Shown here piece by piece: positions 23,951 through 38,019 of a DNA stretch of 64,000 nt. The number at the start of each line of letters is the position of its first letter. Position 1 is the stretch's first letter. Position numbers and translations under genes: made by a program. A model generated the notes under the pieces. The model had not been told where the DNA came from. It did no database searches and worked only from the letters and a program-made list of their open reading frames with translations. Location of the stretch: the NCBI RefSeq assembly GCF_006345805.1, contig NC_043006.1, forward strand, positions 103,726,001 to 103,790,000. The letters run 5' to 3'. Source of the stretch: Octopus sinensis (Eukaryota).

Positions 23951-24890
23951 AGTAGTGGAGATGGATGCTCCGAGCGAGTAGCCGCGAGAATATGATTAAG
24001 CTGGGCAAGGTTCAGAGAGCTTCTACCTCTGTTACAACAAAGGGCTTCTCCCTCAGAGTGAAAGGCAGACTGTAAGATGCCTGTGTGCAAACAGCTATGC
24101 TACACGCCGAGGACATGCGTAGGACATGCTTGGGCATGAAAGAAATGAAGGTAGCATGCTTCGCTGGATTTACAGTGTCAGTGTACATGTACGACAGGGT
24201 GTAAACCTCGTGAGAGAAAAGTTGGCCATAAGAGGAATTAGCCGTGGAGTACACGAGAAACGACAGCTCAGGTATCGTGTGATGCGCATGGATGAGTACA
24301 TCTGTGTTAAGAAGTGCCAATATCTAACTGTGGAGGAAAGTTGCAGTGGAGGTATACCCAGGAAGACAAGAAATGAGGTGGTGAAGCAGGATCTTCGATC
24401 GTTGGGCCTCACGGAGGCAATGACTAGTGACCAAGACCTTTTGTCGATATGCCGTGCTTGAGAAGACCAGTCAAGCCAAGTCGTGGTCGTAGATGCTGAT
24501 GGCATCACGTAACTGGCACCTGTGCTGGTGGCACGTAAAGAGTACCATTCTTGCACTGAACCACACGCAGGCAATGTGGCCGCTGCTGGTGTCACGTTAC
24601 TGTCACTCGTGTCGTTGTTACGTAAAAAACACCATTCGAGCGTCGGGCCTCACGGAGGACCCATGCGGCCGATGCTGGTGTCGCGTAACTGTCGTCGTGT
24701 GAGTGGTATGTAAAAGCACCCATTACACATTCAGAGTGATTGGCGTTAGGAAGAGTATCCAAGCGTAGAAACCATACCAAATCAGACTGGAGTCCGGTGC
24801 AGCCCCTCGCTTACCAGCCCTAGTCAAACCATCCAAATCATGGCAGCATGGGCAGCGGACGTTAAATGTTAATGACGATGATGATGATGT
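23951..24890 (+). mobile_element. 5'-truncated RTE-like LINE (RT C-terminus plus 3' UTR)
   Basis: Translations WARFRELLPLL and MLRWIYSV...GIPRKTRNEVVKQDLRSLGL; ends in a (GAT)n tail. Confidence 0.85.
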
Positions 24891-24937
24891 GATTATATAT
24901 ATATACTTATATACATATACTTATATATATATATATA

Positions 24938-24980
<43 letters not shown>

Positions 24981-25066
24981 ATATATATATATATGCTTAT
25001 GTGTATATTTATACAACCATTCATAGACACACATATCTACATATATATGTATGTATGTATGTATGT

Positions 25067-25131
<65 letters not shown>

Positions 25132-26339
25132 AGACAAGAGGAAAGAGACTGACAGACAGACAAGAGAAAAATAAATTAGTGTTTATGTGTTTCCTGCTGC
25201 AAAATTTTGATTCATTATTTTTTCTAACATTATCAAAGAAACGCAGTCACTAAATGAATTATATATTTTCTTTATTTCCTTACATATCATTACACCACAC
25301 TCGTCATAGTTTCTGTAGCCAGTTCATTTGATAGCTAGCATTTTACAAAATCTCTAATCTCTGTCAATTAGATGAATATTAAATTTCAAACTTGTTGATG
25401 TTTCATGATTCCATTATTCATATTTGTTTTATATCCTTTCTGTTTTATTTTTTTGGCGAATATCTTTATATGTAGAGTTTGATTTATTTAGAATAATGAT
25501 GCTATATTGTACTCTGTTGTCACCCGAGGTATAGTACGGTTGTCTGCCCTAACTCTGATTTTTACGGTGGTTTATATGCCAATCAACGCAAACAGATGTA
25601 GTGCCACAGAAATGTAACATTTGGACACACATTTCCCCATTAACACCATTATTGCAATTGGGGCTGACATAATGTATCCATTCATCGAAAATGATAATTA
25701 TGCCTAAATCAAATATCAATATAGAAGCTTACAAGAGAAAAATATTGTTCCGTTATTGATACATGTGTTCTGATATTTTTTCAATTCGCAAAGTCATTTT
25801 GAATTTGTTTATCCGTGAAGGTTTCTCTATGCCTTGGTGAAACGAGTAAGGATAATGAGCATATTTTATAACAGACTTCCAGGACTGTAGAATGAAAGAG
25901 AAGACGAAATTATAGGCCTTGGTTTCCAGAATATACGCGTTGTGATTACACTCTTACGTATATGCGCAACTGTTGATCACTGGTACCAAGGTCTATTGTA
26001 TCAGTCATAAAATAGGCAATAATATCTTTCCTCATGTCCCTCATTACGCGAAGTTTAGTACAATACATCGAACACAGTTCTTTGATATCTATGATGGCTG
26101 AAATATTGGAACTAGGTATCTGAATAATATATCTGCACCAAGTTTGGTATACCTGTTGGTGAGAACTTCAAAATTCTGCCAGGCTTCAGTTCTGAAACCG
26201 CATACGTGATTCTCTCTTGCGTCGAGTGTCTGTTTAAGATGGAAAATATTCTGCGTGGTCAATCACGAGTTAAATATGTGAAAATGCGAAAAATGTTCAT
26301 AAACTCATTCGCGTGGATCATTGTCGAGCAAGACATTGG

Positions 26340-26515
26340 TTTTACATTTTGGCACAAACTAGCAATCTTGGCGGGGGTGGGGACTAAGTCGATTACATCG
26401 AGCTGAATGAAAGGCCAAGTCGACCATCGCAGAATTTGGATACAGAACATAAAGACAGACGAAATGGCACCAAGCATTTTGCCCGGCGTGCTAACGATTC
26501 TCCCAGCTGGTGGTC
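26340..26515 (-). mobile_element. tRNA-derived SINE, Nin-like family
   Basis: Reverse complement of the 23263-23430 family. Confidence 0.8.
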
Positions 26516-26589
26516 TCGTCGAGTAATACATTACATCTTTCGTATTATAAAATTCTGTAACGGAGCTAGCCAGTAGATTCTTACAAATC

Positions 26590-26870
26590 ACATTCCTACG
26601 AAGTTTGTCCTGATGTACGACCTTATCTTTCCGCTATTTCCAAAATTGAAATTGAAACCGAATGGGTGTTGCTTTGAGGCGATATATGAAATTCAAGCTG
26701 GATCGCAGACGGCCTTCAAAAAGAAGATCGTCGCATGTATTTATAAGAAGGTCATTTTAAATGTATGGTGCTGGGTAGAAATAATATGTGAAATGTATTA
26801 TTTACTGAAATATTGGTGTAATTTTTATATGCAACACCCGAAACATTTCTGAAATTAATTCATGCTTGCA
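26590..26870 (+). mobile_element. Mariner transposase C-terminal relic
   Basis: DLIFPLFPKLK...NGCCFEAIYEIQA resembles the mariner segment DFFLFPKLK..G.RF..IEEIQ. Confidence 0.6.
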
Positions 26871-27581
26871 TAGAAACGGTTGCATCAAGATGTCAGTTTA
26901 ACTACAAACCAAAGATTCGATTTGAATTCTTGCTCCGTTACCGCATACGATCATACAATGGCCAGACAGCTGCTTTATGCGTTAGCAGAGCCTTCTGTTG
27001 ATATGTCTCAAAACTGAGGTATATGTCTCCTTTGCTTCTCCTAGTGCCAGAGCCTTTGAAGGGGTTAATAACCGTTCTCTCATCTCTCAGTTAACAATTT
27101 AAATGTTAGTTCGTATCAGTTTCTGTGTAGCTAAGTATTATTGTATTGTGATTTCAGTGACGAGTTCCGGGCAGTGAAATAAGAGATATTCGTGACACAC
27201 AAGACTCAAACATTAGATTGTAAGTACCTTTGCGATACGTTTCTGTTCTTTCATTACCTCAGTTACATATGAAGAGTCACGGTTGGGTTCAGTCATAGGC
27301 TGCAAACATGTCTAGCTAATTATCAAACCAGCATGGTGTGTCTGTGTTGTGCATTTAGATTTGATTGATTACGAGACGATATAAAAGTTCTCACAAACAA
27401 TGCTCATGAAATAATTATTCTATACGAGAATAAAATTAATCAGAGAGGGGAGGCTTGCAGCGCAGTTGCAACTGAAAGTTGAATGACTTCTAGGTTAGTC
27501 CATAGTCACAGTCGTTCGGTTGTTATAGCACTATACAGGAATGGTGTTCTTCGAAACCAGACATTGTGCTGGAGAACGGTT

Positions 27582-27975
27582 GGGGGCTGTGTGGTAAGTA
27601 GCTTGCTTACCAGCCACATGGTTCCGGGTTCAGTCCCACTGCGTGGCATCTTGGGCAAGTGTCCTCTACTTTAGCCTCGGGCCGACCAAAGCCTTATGAG
27701 TGGATTTGGTAGATGGAAACTGAAAGAGGCCCGTCGTATATATGTATATATTTGTGTGTGTATGTTTGTGTGTCTGTGTTTGTTCCCCTAGCATTGCTTG
27801 ACAACCGATGCTGGTGTGTTTACGTCGCCGTCACCTAGCGGTTGGGCAAAAGAGACCGATAGAGTAAGTACTGGGCTTACAAAGAATAAGTGCCGGGGTC
27901 GATTTGCTCGACTAAAGGCGGTGCTCCAGCATGGCCGCAGTCAAATGACTAAAACAAGTATAAGAGTAAAAGAGG
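27582..27975 (+). mobile_element. tRNA-derived SINE family A, near full length
   Basis: Head ggctgtgtggtaagtagcttgc...ggttcagtccc, internal (TA/TG)n, tail ggcggtgctccagcatggccgcag. Confidence 0.92.
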
Positions 27976-28094
27976 AAAGAGTTGTATGGATAATGTTTGT
28001 GTATGTGTGTGCCTATGTTTGTATGCGTGTGTATATCTGTGTGTCCATATTTGTATATGTGTGTGTATGGGTATATGTGTGTGAATGTGTGTGA

Positions 28095-28400
28095 TGGCGG
28101 TTGGGTGTTCGGTTACGGTGCTCGGCTCGTGATTGTAAGGTCATGAGTTCTATACCCGGCGGAGAGTTGTGTCCATGAACAAGACACTTCATTTCACGTT
28201 TACTCCGGTCCAATCAACTGGCAAAAATGGGTAGTACCTGTAATTCAAACGGCCAGTCTTGTCACATTCTGTGTCACGCTTAATCTCCCTGAGAACTATG
28301 TTACTTGTACTCGTGCCCGTGGAATACTCAGCCACTTTTAAAAGCAGAATGTTTCGTTGATCAGATCAACTGGAAACCTCGTCGGCGAACGGATGCATTG
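28095..28400 (+). mobile_element. tRNA-derived SINE family B (degenerate)
   Basis: Shares gtgtcacgct.aatctccctgagaacta with 37563-37950 and 50975-51295. Confidence 0.75.
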
Positions 28401-28429
28401 CCACTATAAGAGATAGCTGACTAGCTAAC

Positions 28430-29110
<681 letters not shown>

Positions 29111-29436
29111 CTATCTATCTTCCTTCTCTCTCTCTCTCTCTCTCTCTACATACACACACAAATACATGTGTGCGTGTGTATGTGTGTGTGTGTGTAGGAC
29201 ACAGCCCAATAAACTTATAATAGACGAACGGTAGACAGGAACTTCACTGCGGGCTAGTTTATGAGCTCGTCTCCGGTGAAGGGAGTTCCGGTTAGGCGGG
29301 ACTTCTCTGAAGCGCTAGTTGGCCAATCGCTTTTGCCTCCATCTTGTATAACTGCAAGTAACAAAATAAATTCTACATCAACACACTCTCACTGTCCGTT
29401 GAATATATTGTGTATAGCTTAACTAAGCTATGTGCG

Positions 29437-29485
<49 letters not shown>

Positions 29486-29608
29486 GCACATACACATGCA
29501 TATGTGTATGTGTGTATGTTTCTACATATATGCGTATGTGAATATATATATATACGTGTCAGTATATATATATGTATATATGTGTGTATATGTGTGTGTG
29601 TGTGTGTA

Positions 29609-30707
29609 CAGAGTGTTCCCAAATTATAGCAATCGAAGTTTCGAGCTTTAATATCTATCAATAAATGTGATAAGATATGAAAATTAGACATCATTATAAA
29701 AGCCTAGTGTCTCTTCTTTTTGTTTCAGACTAAACAAATTCTGATTTATAACCTAGATAATGGCTATAGACCGAAATACAATCATAACCCTCCATAAAGG
29801 AAACGAAAGTAATACACCTATAGCAAAAAAGCTTGAAATTAACCGAACAACAGTCTGGAAAATTGTCAGGAACTTTCAAGACTGGTTCGACTGCTAATCG
29901 ACCTGCACGTGGCCGAAAAAGAAGTCTGCGGACCCCTCAGCTTATTAAATGTACCAGAGAAAAGTTACGGCGAAGTTCTAGTCATTCCAACAGAAATCTG
30001 GTTGCCACAGCAAGAATAAGCCGAACATTGATGTATCGAGTACGGAAGTTTATAAGGCCATGAGACTGGAGAGAAGTCGTCTAAGCTGAAGACACGCTGC
30101 CCCACCTGGTGTTCCCTGATGAAACGAAATTTGTACCTTGAATGACCGACTTTGGAGTGTATCTGGTTCTGTCGACGTCAAAATCCACAGTCAGTTATAA
30201 TTTGTTGAGCTGTGACAGCCACTGGAAGGTTTACCCTAGTTTTGTGCCCTCGGATGTTTAAATTAACACCCAGCGATAAATTAGTGGCATTCTGGAAGCT
30301 GAACTAACAGGACTCGGCACCATACCAGATCTCCAAACAGGCACAACACTGGATTCAGAAAAGCATTCCGTCGTTCACAGGCAAGGATATGTGGGCCTCA
30401 AGAAGCCCCGATGTCAACCTACTAAGTTTTTTCTGTTTGGTCCATTTTGAAGACGAGGGTACTTGAGCACTCTTCTTGCTTTACTCGACGCTCTAAAGGC
30501 AAAGCTCGTAGGAATGGACTTCGAATCCACAAGGTCAGCTGCGCGCTGTCTGCACCTAGACAGAGGTGATTATATTGAACAAATATGGTAGCGTCATAAT
30601 TTTGTTTCCTTTACAATTGCATTGCTAACGTTCGGCCCCGAAATATACCAGTATTTTGCTTTGGTAAAATTGAAAAGAAATGGTTGCCTTAATTCTGGAA
30701 CACCCTG
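29609..30707 (+). mobile_element. Internally degraded Tc1/mariner element (maT/DD37D-like) with both TIRs and TA target duplication
   Basis: TA|cagagtgttcccaaatt ... aattctggaacaccctg|TA. It retains an HTH-like segment RPARGRKRSLRTP and WASRSPDVNLL, matching the WPxxSPDLNPLD motif. Confidence 0.85.
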
Positions 30708-30739
30708 TATATATCTATATACCTATATATATGCATACA

Positions 30740-30770
<31 letters not shown>

Positions 30771-30771
30771 G

Positions 30772-30810
<39 letters not shown>

Positions 30811-30815
30811 AATAC

Positions 30816-30860
<45 letters not shown>

Positions 30861-31620
30861 GTATATGTATGTATATATATTTTTATTTGTATATATATTT
30901 ATATATGCATGTAGATAGATAGGATGATATATAGATAGATATCTATACATATATGTATATATATGACATTAGATATATTTGCATACATAACTATATATGT
31001 ATACGTGTGCGTGGATGTGCATGTGTATACACACATACAAGCTTACAGACACATGTACACGTACATACACGCACGCAAACACACACGCACATACACACAC
31101 GCACATACACACACGCAAACACACACACGCACACACACACACATACACACACACAGCGACCAAACTCATCCACTTTCTCCCGTCCCCCTCGCGAAAACTA
31201 AACTATCTGGGTTTTTTTTTTTTGTTTTTTTCCTACAATAAATTTCGAGGAGAGATTTATACAGTTTTTACCGTCACTGAAGATCTCACAAATAAAGTTT
31301 ATAAGATCGTAATGCGAAAATTCCGCCAAGCATTGGCATGAGGCCACACTTTATTTTTTTGTTAAATTGAACAGCATCTTTTATTATTTACTTGTTTCAT
31401 TTATTTGCTCTCGGCTATGTTGTAGCACCGCATTGAAGAGTTTTAGTCGAACAGATCAACCTAGTCTTTTTTTTTTTCCTTTTTTAAAGCCTAGAAGTAT
31501 CGGTTTCCTGTGCCGAACTGCTAGATTTTGGTGACGTAAACACTCCAACACCCGTTGTCGAGCGGTGTTGACGGACATACATAGACCACAAACACACGCA
31601 CACATATATTATATATATAT

Positions 31621-31912
31621 GGAGGCTCAATGGTTAGGGCAGCGGACTCGCGGTTGTAGGATCGCGGTTTCGATTCCCAGACCGGGCGTTGTGAGTGGCT
31701 ATTGAGCGAAAACACCTAAAACTCCACGAGGCTCCGGCAAGGGATGGTGGTGACCCCTTCTGTACTCTTTCGCCACAACTTTCTCACACTCTTTCTTCTG
31801 TTGGCCTGCTCGCTTAGCCAGCGGGGTGGCGTCATTTGAAGGCTAAAACAATGCAAAGCGCATTGTGACCAGTGATGTGTAACAACATCTGCTAGCCTGA
31901 TCGGTCACGGTG
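31621..31912 (+). mobile_element. tRNA-derived SINE family B head with alternative tail
   Basis: ggaggctcaatggttagggcagcggactcgcgg...gtttcgattccc. Confidence 0.85.
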
Positions 31913-32019
31913 ATATATAAATATGTGTGTGTATGTGTATGTTTACGTATATGTATATATATATACTGCTTTGTTATCTCCCCTACTTCTTAGCTCTCCT
32001 GTGTGACTCTTCTGTCCAG

Positions 32020-32210
32020 TATTCGCCATGATAGATCGGTAGCCACTACACATATATTTTTCTCTCCTTGTTTCTTTCTGTGTCCCTGTCTGTGGAAGAG
32101 CGTAGGCTCGAAATGTTAAAGACTTTGTCAATTCCCGAGCATTATACTAATATTTCTGTTTGTTTTCTACACCACCTGCCTTCGTCTTTTGTTTTTTGTG
32201 AATTCGCCCT
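32020..32210 (+). mobile_element. About 190-bp hammerhead-motif unit, A6U family
   Basis: CTGTGGA-a-gagc-gtag-gctc-GAAAT-GTT-aaag at 32090-32121. The body matches 35420-35605 and ends in (TA)n. Confidence 0.75.
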
Positions 32211-32275
32211 CTATATATATATATATGTGTGTGTGTGTGCGTGTGTGTGTTATGTGTGTGTGCGTGCGTGTGTGG

Positions 32276-32562
32276 AGGTGAAATGGCCCAGTGGTTCGGG
32301 CAGTGGACTCGCGGTCGGAGGATCGCGGTTTCGATTCCCAGACCGGGCGTTGTGTGTGTTTATTGAGCGAAAACACCTAGAAGCTCCATAACACTCCGGC
32401 AGGGGTGGTGGTGACTCTTGTACTCTTTCGCTACAAATTTCTCTCATTCTCTCTCTCTTCCTATTTCTTGGGTAACGCTGCGATGGACTGGGGGGAAACA
32501 CATACGCCACAGAAACCGGGAAACCGGGCCCATGAGCCTGGCTAGGCTTGAAAAGGGTGACG
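32276..32562 (+). mobile_element. tRNA-derived SINE family B head with alternative tail
   Basis: Same head as 31621 and 37563. Confidence 0.85.
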
Positions 32563-32563
32563 T

Positions 32564-32597
<34 letters not shown>

Positions 32598-32759
32598 TGT
32601 ATGTGTGTATGTATGTATGTATGTATGTATGTATATGTATGTATGTATGCATGCATGCATGCATGTATGTGTGTATGTATGTATGTATGTATGTATGTGT
32701 GTATGTATGTATGTATGTATGAATGAGTGGTGTGTGTGTATGTGTGTGTGTGTATATGG

Positions 32760-33975
32760 GTATTGAAAGAGTTAATGAATTGCTCAAATATAGATGTGAC
32801 ATATCTTGACTTGGCAAAGATCTTTGATAAGGTTGACCAGGAGATGATATGTCACAATCTACGGAGACTCAGTATAACTGGGAAAATTGGAGAGTGGTTG
32901 CATGACTTCTTAAAAGACAGACGCCACGGAAACATTAATAAAAAGTGGAGTGCCTCAGGGAACTGTATTGGGGCCACTTCTGTTCATGGTGACTTTTTCA
33001 GCTATGCCGATGACCGAAAAGTAGGACCGAAAAGTCAAGGAACCTTCTGATGCTAATCTTCTACAGAAAGACCTTGATGCCATATATGAATGGGCTGAGG
33101 ACAACAACATGCAATATAATGCAGGAAAATTCCAAACCCTCCGCTACCAGCTATTTGGTGCTCAGAAGTCACAACAACGATACTTTGGACCAAAAGGTGA
33201 GGAAATCCTAGAATCACATTCGGTGCGTGATCTTGTGATTGATATGAACAACGATACCTCATTTCACGTGCATGTCAACAAGATGATGGCTGTGTGCAGG
33301 CGAATGGCCGGATCGATTCTGAGAACCTTCATAACAAGGGACCAGGAAACTATGTTGGTTCTATGGAGGACAACTTTCCCCCAGTCGTCTGGACTACTGC
33401 TCTCAACTATGGTCACCCTACACTGTAGGATTAATAGCAGAACTTGACGCGGGTCAGCGATACTACACGAGGAATATTGCATCAATGGAACAGCTGAGCT
33501 ACTGGGAGAGACTGAAAGAGCTACGACTCTACTCCCTGGAGCAAAGACGGGAAAGGTATGCAGTGATATTTTTGTGGAAGATACTGGAGGAGCTGGCATC
33601 AAACTTTGGAATTGAGACTTATACAAGACCTAAAAATGGACGTCTCTGCACTGTTCCAAAATCCCAGCAATCTCATTTAGGGCGAGATCTACGTACTGCA
33701 ATAGCTTGGGATTCAAGGGCCCACAGCTATTCAGCTCCTTGCCAACACCTCTAAGGGATATCCATGGAGTGAGATTCGATGTTTTCAAGAAACAGCTTGA
33801 CCTCTTGCTATCCAAGATTCCAGATGACCAAATATGAGTGCAGCGATATCGAACTACCTCCTTCACCAAAAGCTAAACCCATAGAATTGGCCGATTAAAA
33901 GGTGATAACAATGGCGGTATCCCAGCATGGCCGTAGCCTCAAGCCTGAAACATATAGAAGAATAAGATAATAAAA
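32760..33975 (+). mobile_element. CR1-like LINE 3' fragment
   Basis: YLDLAKIFDKVD, YADD, LQKDLDAIYEWAEDNNMQYNAGKF, YWERLKELRLYSLEQRRER. The 3' UTR contains ccagcatggccg. Confidence 0.9.
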
Positions 33976-33979
33976 GAAC

Positions 33980-34010
<31 letters not shown>

Positions 34011-35301
34011 TGTATGTATGTATGTACACTAGCCTAGCTAATATTGGCTATGTCCGGGTCGATTTTTAAAATATCACTTCTTTAAAATATTACTTCATAA
34101 TGCTGCATTGCATATTATGATGTAATCTTTTATTACATTAACTGAAAATCTCTCAAAACAACACGTGAATTTTGATTAATTTTTACGCCTAGGCCATACC
34201 AAGAACCCACCTCTAAATTGGATCTATGGTTATAAATGGGATTTGGTTCTTGCATATCCACGTTATTCCACCAAGACTTAGTCTCTTCAACGTTGTTTGT
34301 TTTACTGTGAGCTCTATGCTTGCTATTGTGTCTAGCTCTTTCTGGTGTCCTACGAGTTGACGTGCTTTGATTCTTAAGGACCATCTTAGCAAAATTACAT
34401 AAAGCCCTGCTCACTATATTTCAACATTTCTGGCAAATCAATTTGCGTAACAAAAACGATGCCCCAGCATGGCCACAATACGTGAGCTGAAACTAGTTCA
34501 ATTCAATTCAATGGTAAGAAGAATACTGAGCGAAATTTGATAACATGTTGATCTAGCAAGCGGGGCCTCATTTAAGTGAGGTGGAGAAAGGGACTGATGG
34601 TGCACAGAGATGCCATCTAATAGTAGGCCCCGAAATGGCACGCATTCACTCCAGTATGCGAATTTTTCAACTGTTAGCACTTCCATCTGCAAGTTGTTTG
34701 CAAATAATCTATGTACTTATCCGTGTACACATATATACATATATACACACATATCTATGTATATATATATATATATTATACCTGTGGAACCGTTCATCTT
34801 CACACATCTTTCTCTGTCCATTTTTTGTCCTTTCTATCTCTCTCTCTCACTCTCTCTTCCTCTCTCTCTCTCTCTCACTCCATTTTTGTTCTTCTCATCC
34901 TTGTCTGTCGAAGAGTGTAGGCTCGAAACATCGAGGACTATTCCATTTTTCCCGATCGTCGATCTAGTACACCAGCTTGTTATTGCCTAATCGATCTCAG
35001 CCTTTAATCAGTACATTTGAAGCGTGTGTGTGTGTCTGTCTGTCTGTTTGCCTTCTTTCTGTGCGCGTGTGTATGCCCCAACTTGACCGCAGATTTCGAA
35101 CTAAAACTAGTTCAAGACTTAACGAGTATATACTTATATACATACAATATATATTTTTATATATATTAAATCCTTTATTAGCCACAAGAACTTACATAAA
35201 ACAACCTAAAATGACACAAAAATAAACGAAACACACATATATATGTGTGTTGGTGTATGCACGTGTTGTGGTTATACGTATATATATATATATATATAGA
35301 T

Positions 35302-35339
<38 letters not shown>

Positions 35340-35419
35340 TTGTACATATATGTGTATATATTTGTATATGTACAGTATATATGTAGTATATATATATATA
35401 TATATCTACTGTACATATA

Positions 35420-35605
35420 CAGTCGCCATGATAGATCGTTAGCCACTACACACATGTTTTTCTCACCTTGTTTTTTCTGCATCCCTTTCTGTAGAAGAGC
35501 ATAGGCTCGAAACGTAAAAGACTTTTTCTATTACTGAGCGTTATACTAATACATCTGTTTGTTTTCTACATCCCCTGTCTTCGTCTTTTGTTTTTTTTCG
35601 TAAAG
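35420..35605 (+). mobile_element. About 190-bp hammerhead-motif unit, A6U family
   Basis: cttt-CTGTAGA-a-gagc-atag-gctc-GAAAC-GTA-aaag at 35485-35520. Confidence 0.8.
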
Positions 35606-35739
35606 TATCCCTATATACATATATATATATATATGTCTGTATACATATATATATGTGTGTGTGTATGTTTATATACATCTATACATATATCAGTGTATCT
35701 ATCTACCTATCTATCTATCTTTCTATCTATCTATCTATC

Positions 35740-35804
<65 letters not shown>

Positions 35805-35824
35805 ATACGTATATATTTCTCTCT

Positions 35825-36900
35825 GTATATTCTTCCATTCTTTTATTCTTTTACTTGTTTCAGCCAAGCAATTGCGGCCATGCTGAAGCACCACCGTGGT
35901 CGTTTGGATTTCCTCAGTCTGGGGCGTTTCAAACCACTACTCCTGTATGTGCCTTATATCCCTGCTGTTGACCTATTTGATGCATGAGGGATTTTTTCTT
36001 CTCTTCCCTCGTCTGCTCATCATGTCGGGCTTTTGCTTCATCCAGTATTTTGGTAAGGAGGATGTCTACATCCTTTTTGAAGACATTTACTTCCACCTTA
36101 TGCAGATTTCTTAATTTTTGTGCCAGGGCATTGGTGACCTACGGGTCATTATACCCTAGACTATTGCAGTACCTGGTCCCGAATTTAGATGTAGCGGACG
36201 GGACCTTCGGTACAATACAATAGTGGCCAGTTCTAGCATTTGTATAACACTCAATGCCGAAATTAGGTAATCGGTCTTCTATGATTTTACATAAGTATAT
36301 TATAGCATATCTCTCACGCCTTCGTTCCAGGGAGTAAACTTGCGGTTTTCTCAACCTTTCCCTGTAACTCATCAACCGCTTCAATCAAATTAGTCTAGTG
36401 ACGTTGGACAGCTTCCAGCTCCGCTGTTAGTTTGGGGCTATGTTGGAGCAGTAGTCCACGCGGCTGAGAACAAATGTTCTCCACAGAGTCAACATAGTTT
36501 CTTGGTCTCCTGTCTTGAGAAACCTCAGTATCCATCCTGCTAGTTGTCTGCACTTTGCTGCCACCTTGCGAATGTGCATATAAAATGAGGCGTCATTGCA
36601 CACACTGATCCCCAAGTCTTTCACTACCTATGACTCTGGGATTGCAATACGTTGGGAGATATGCAAACTGTAGTGCATTCCGTTCATGAGTTGATAGTGC
36701 TTGTTGTTTATTTCGGCCCACTTGTATATCGAATTCAGGTCCCGTTGTAAGGTTGCTACGGCATCATGGTTTTTTCTTCCTTGTGATAATTTTGTAACAT
36801 CGGTATAGCTAGTGACAGAAGCTGTCCGTGTTACCGTGGGTACCTCTAAGAGGGCTGTTATCAACAGTAATGGATCCAGACAGTTCCCTGGAGGATGCCA
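35825..36900 (-). mobile_element. CR1-like LINE 3' fragment
   Basis: LQRDLNSIYKWAEINN, KDLGISV...RQLAGWILRF, YRERL...YSLERRRERY. The tail reads ggtgcttcagcatggccgc on the minus strand. Confidence 0.9.
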
Positions 36901-36926
36901 CTTGGATTTAGTTTCTTAATTGTATG

Positions 36927-37011
<85 letters not shown>

Positions 37012-37036
37012 GTATGTATGTATGTATGAGTATATT

Positions 37037-37067
<31 letters not shown>

Positions 37068-37115
37068 ATATATAATATATATATATACATATATATATAT
37101 ATGTGGTGTAGTATA

Positions 37116-37159
<44 letters not shown>

Positions 37160-37160
<1 letters not shown>

Positions 37161-37354
37161 TAACAAAAGGGACATTAGCCATTTGAATGTGGCTAGGGAC
37201 AGGGCAGGGCGGTGGGGTGTTACTGATGCATTTAGCCCCAGGCGATCATCAACGTCACCAGATGATGATCGCCTGGGGCTAAATGCATCAGTAACACCCC
37301 CACCGCCCTGCCCTGTCCCTAGCCACTTCAAATGGCTAATGTCCCTTTTGTTAT
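37160..37354. repeat. Near-perfect 195-bp palindrome made from the 5563-6033 element family
   Basis: Arms of about 92 bp differ by two 1-nt indels, with an 11-nt loop acgtcaccaga. Confidence 0.95.
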
Positions 37355-37396
37355 GGACCAGTTGCTGTCTATATCTCGTTTAGAGAATTATTATTG

Positions 37397-37465
<69 letters not shown>

Positions 37466-37494
37466 TATATATATATATATACTATATATATAGA

Positions 37495-37525
<31 letters not shown>

Positions 37526-37562
37526 ATATATATTATATATATATATATATATTATATATAAT

Positions 37563-37950
37563 GGAGGCGCAATGGCCCAGTGGTTAGGGCAGCGGACTTG
37601 CGGTCATAGGATCGCGGTTTCGATTCCCAGACCGGGCGTTGTGAGTGTTTATTGAGCGAAAACACCTAAAAGCTCCACGAGGCTCCGGCAGGGGATGGTT
37701 GATCCCTGCTGTACTCTTTCACCACAACTTTCTCTCACTCTTACTTCCTGTTTCTGTTGTACCTGTATTTCAAGGGGCCGGCCTTGTCACTCTCTGTGTC
37801 ACGCTGAATATCCCCGAGAACTACGTTAAGGTACACGTGTCTGTGGAGTGCTCAGCCACTTACACGTTAATTTCACGAGCAGGCTGTTCCGTTGATTCGG
37901 ATCAACCGAAACCCTCGTCGTGTGTAACCGACAGAGTGCTTCCATCCATA
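37563..37950 (+). mobile_element. tRNA-derived SINE family B, full length
   Basis: A-box and B-box head, then body cacgttaatttcacgagcaggctgttccgttg. Confidence 0.9.
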
Positions 37951-37980
37951 TTATATATATATATTATATATATATATATA

Positions 37981-38019
<39 letters not shown>

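Noticed and set aside
37563-37640. tRNA genes at the SINE heads (also 31621, 32276, 50339)
   Set aside because: A and B boxes are present, but there is no closed acceptor stem and each continues into a shared SINE body.
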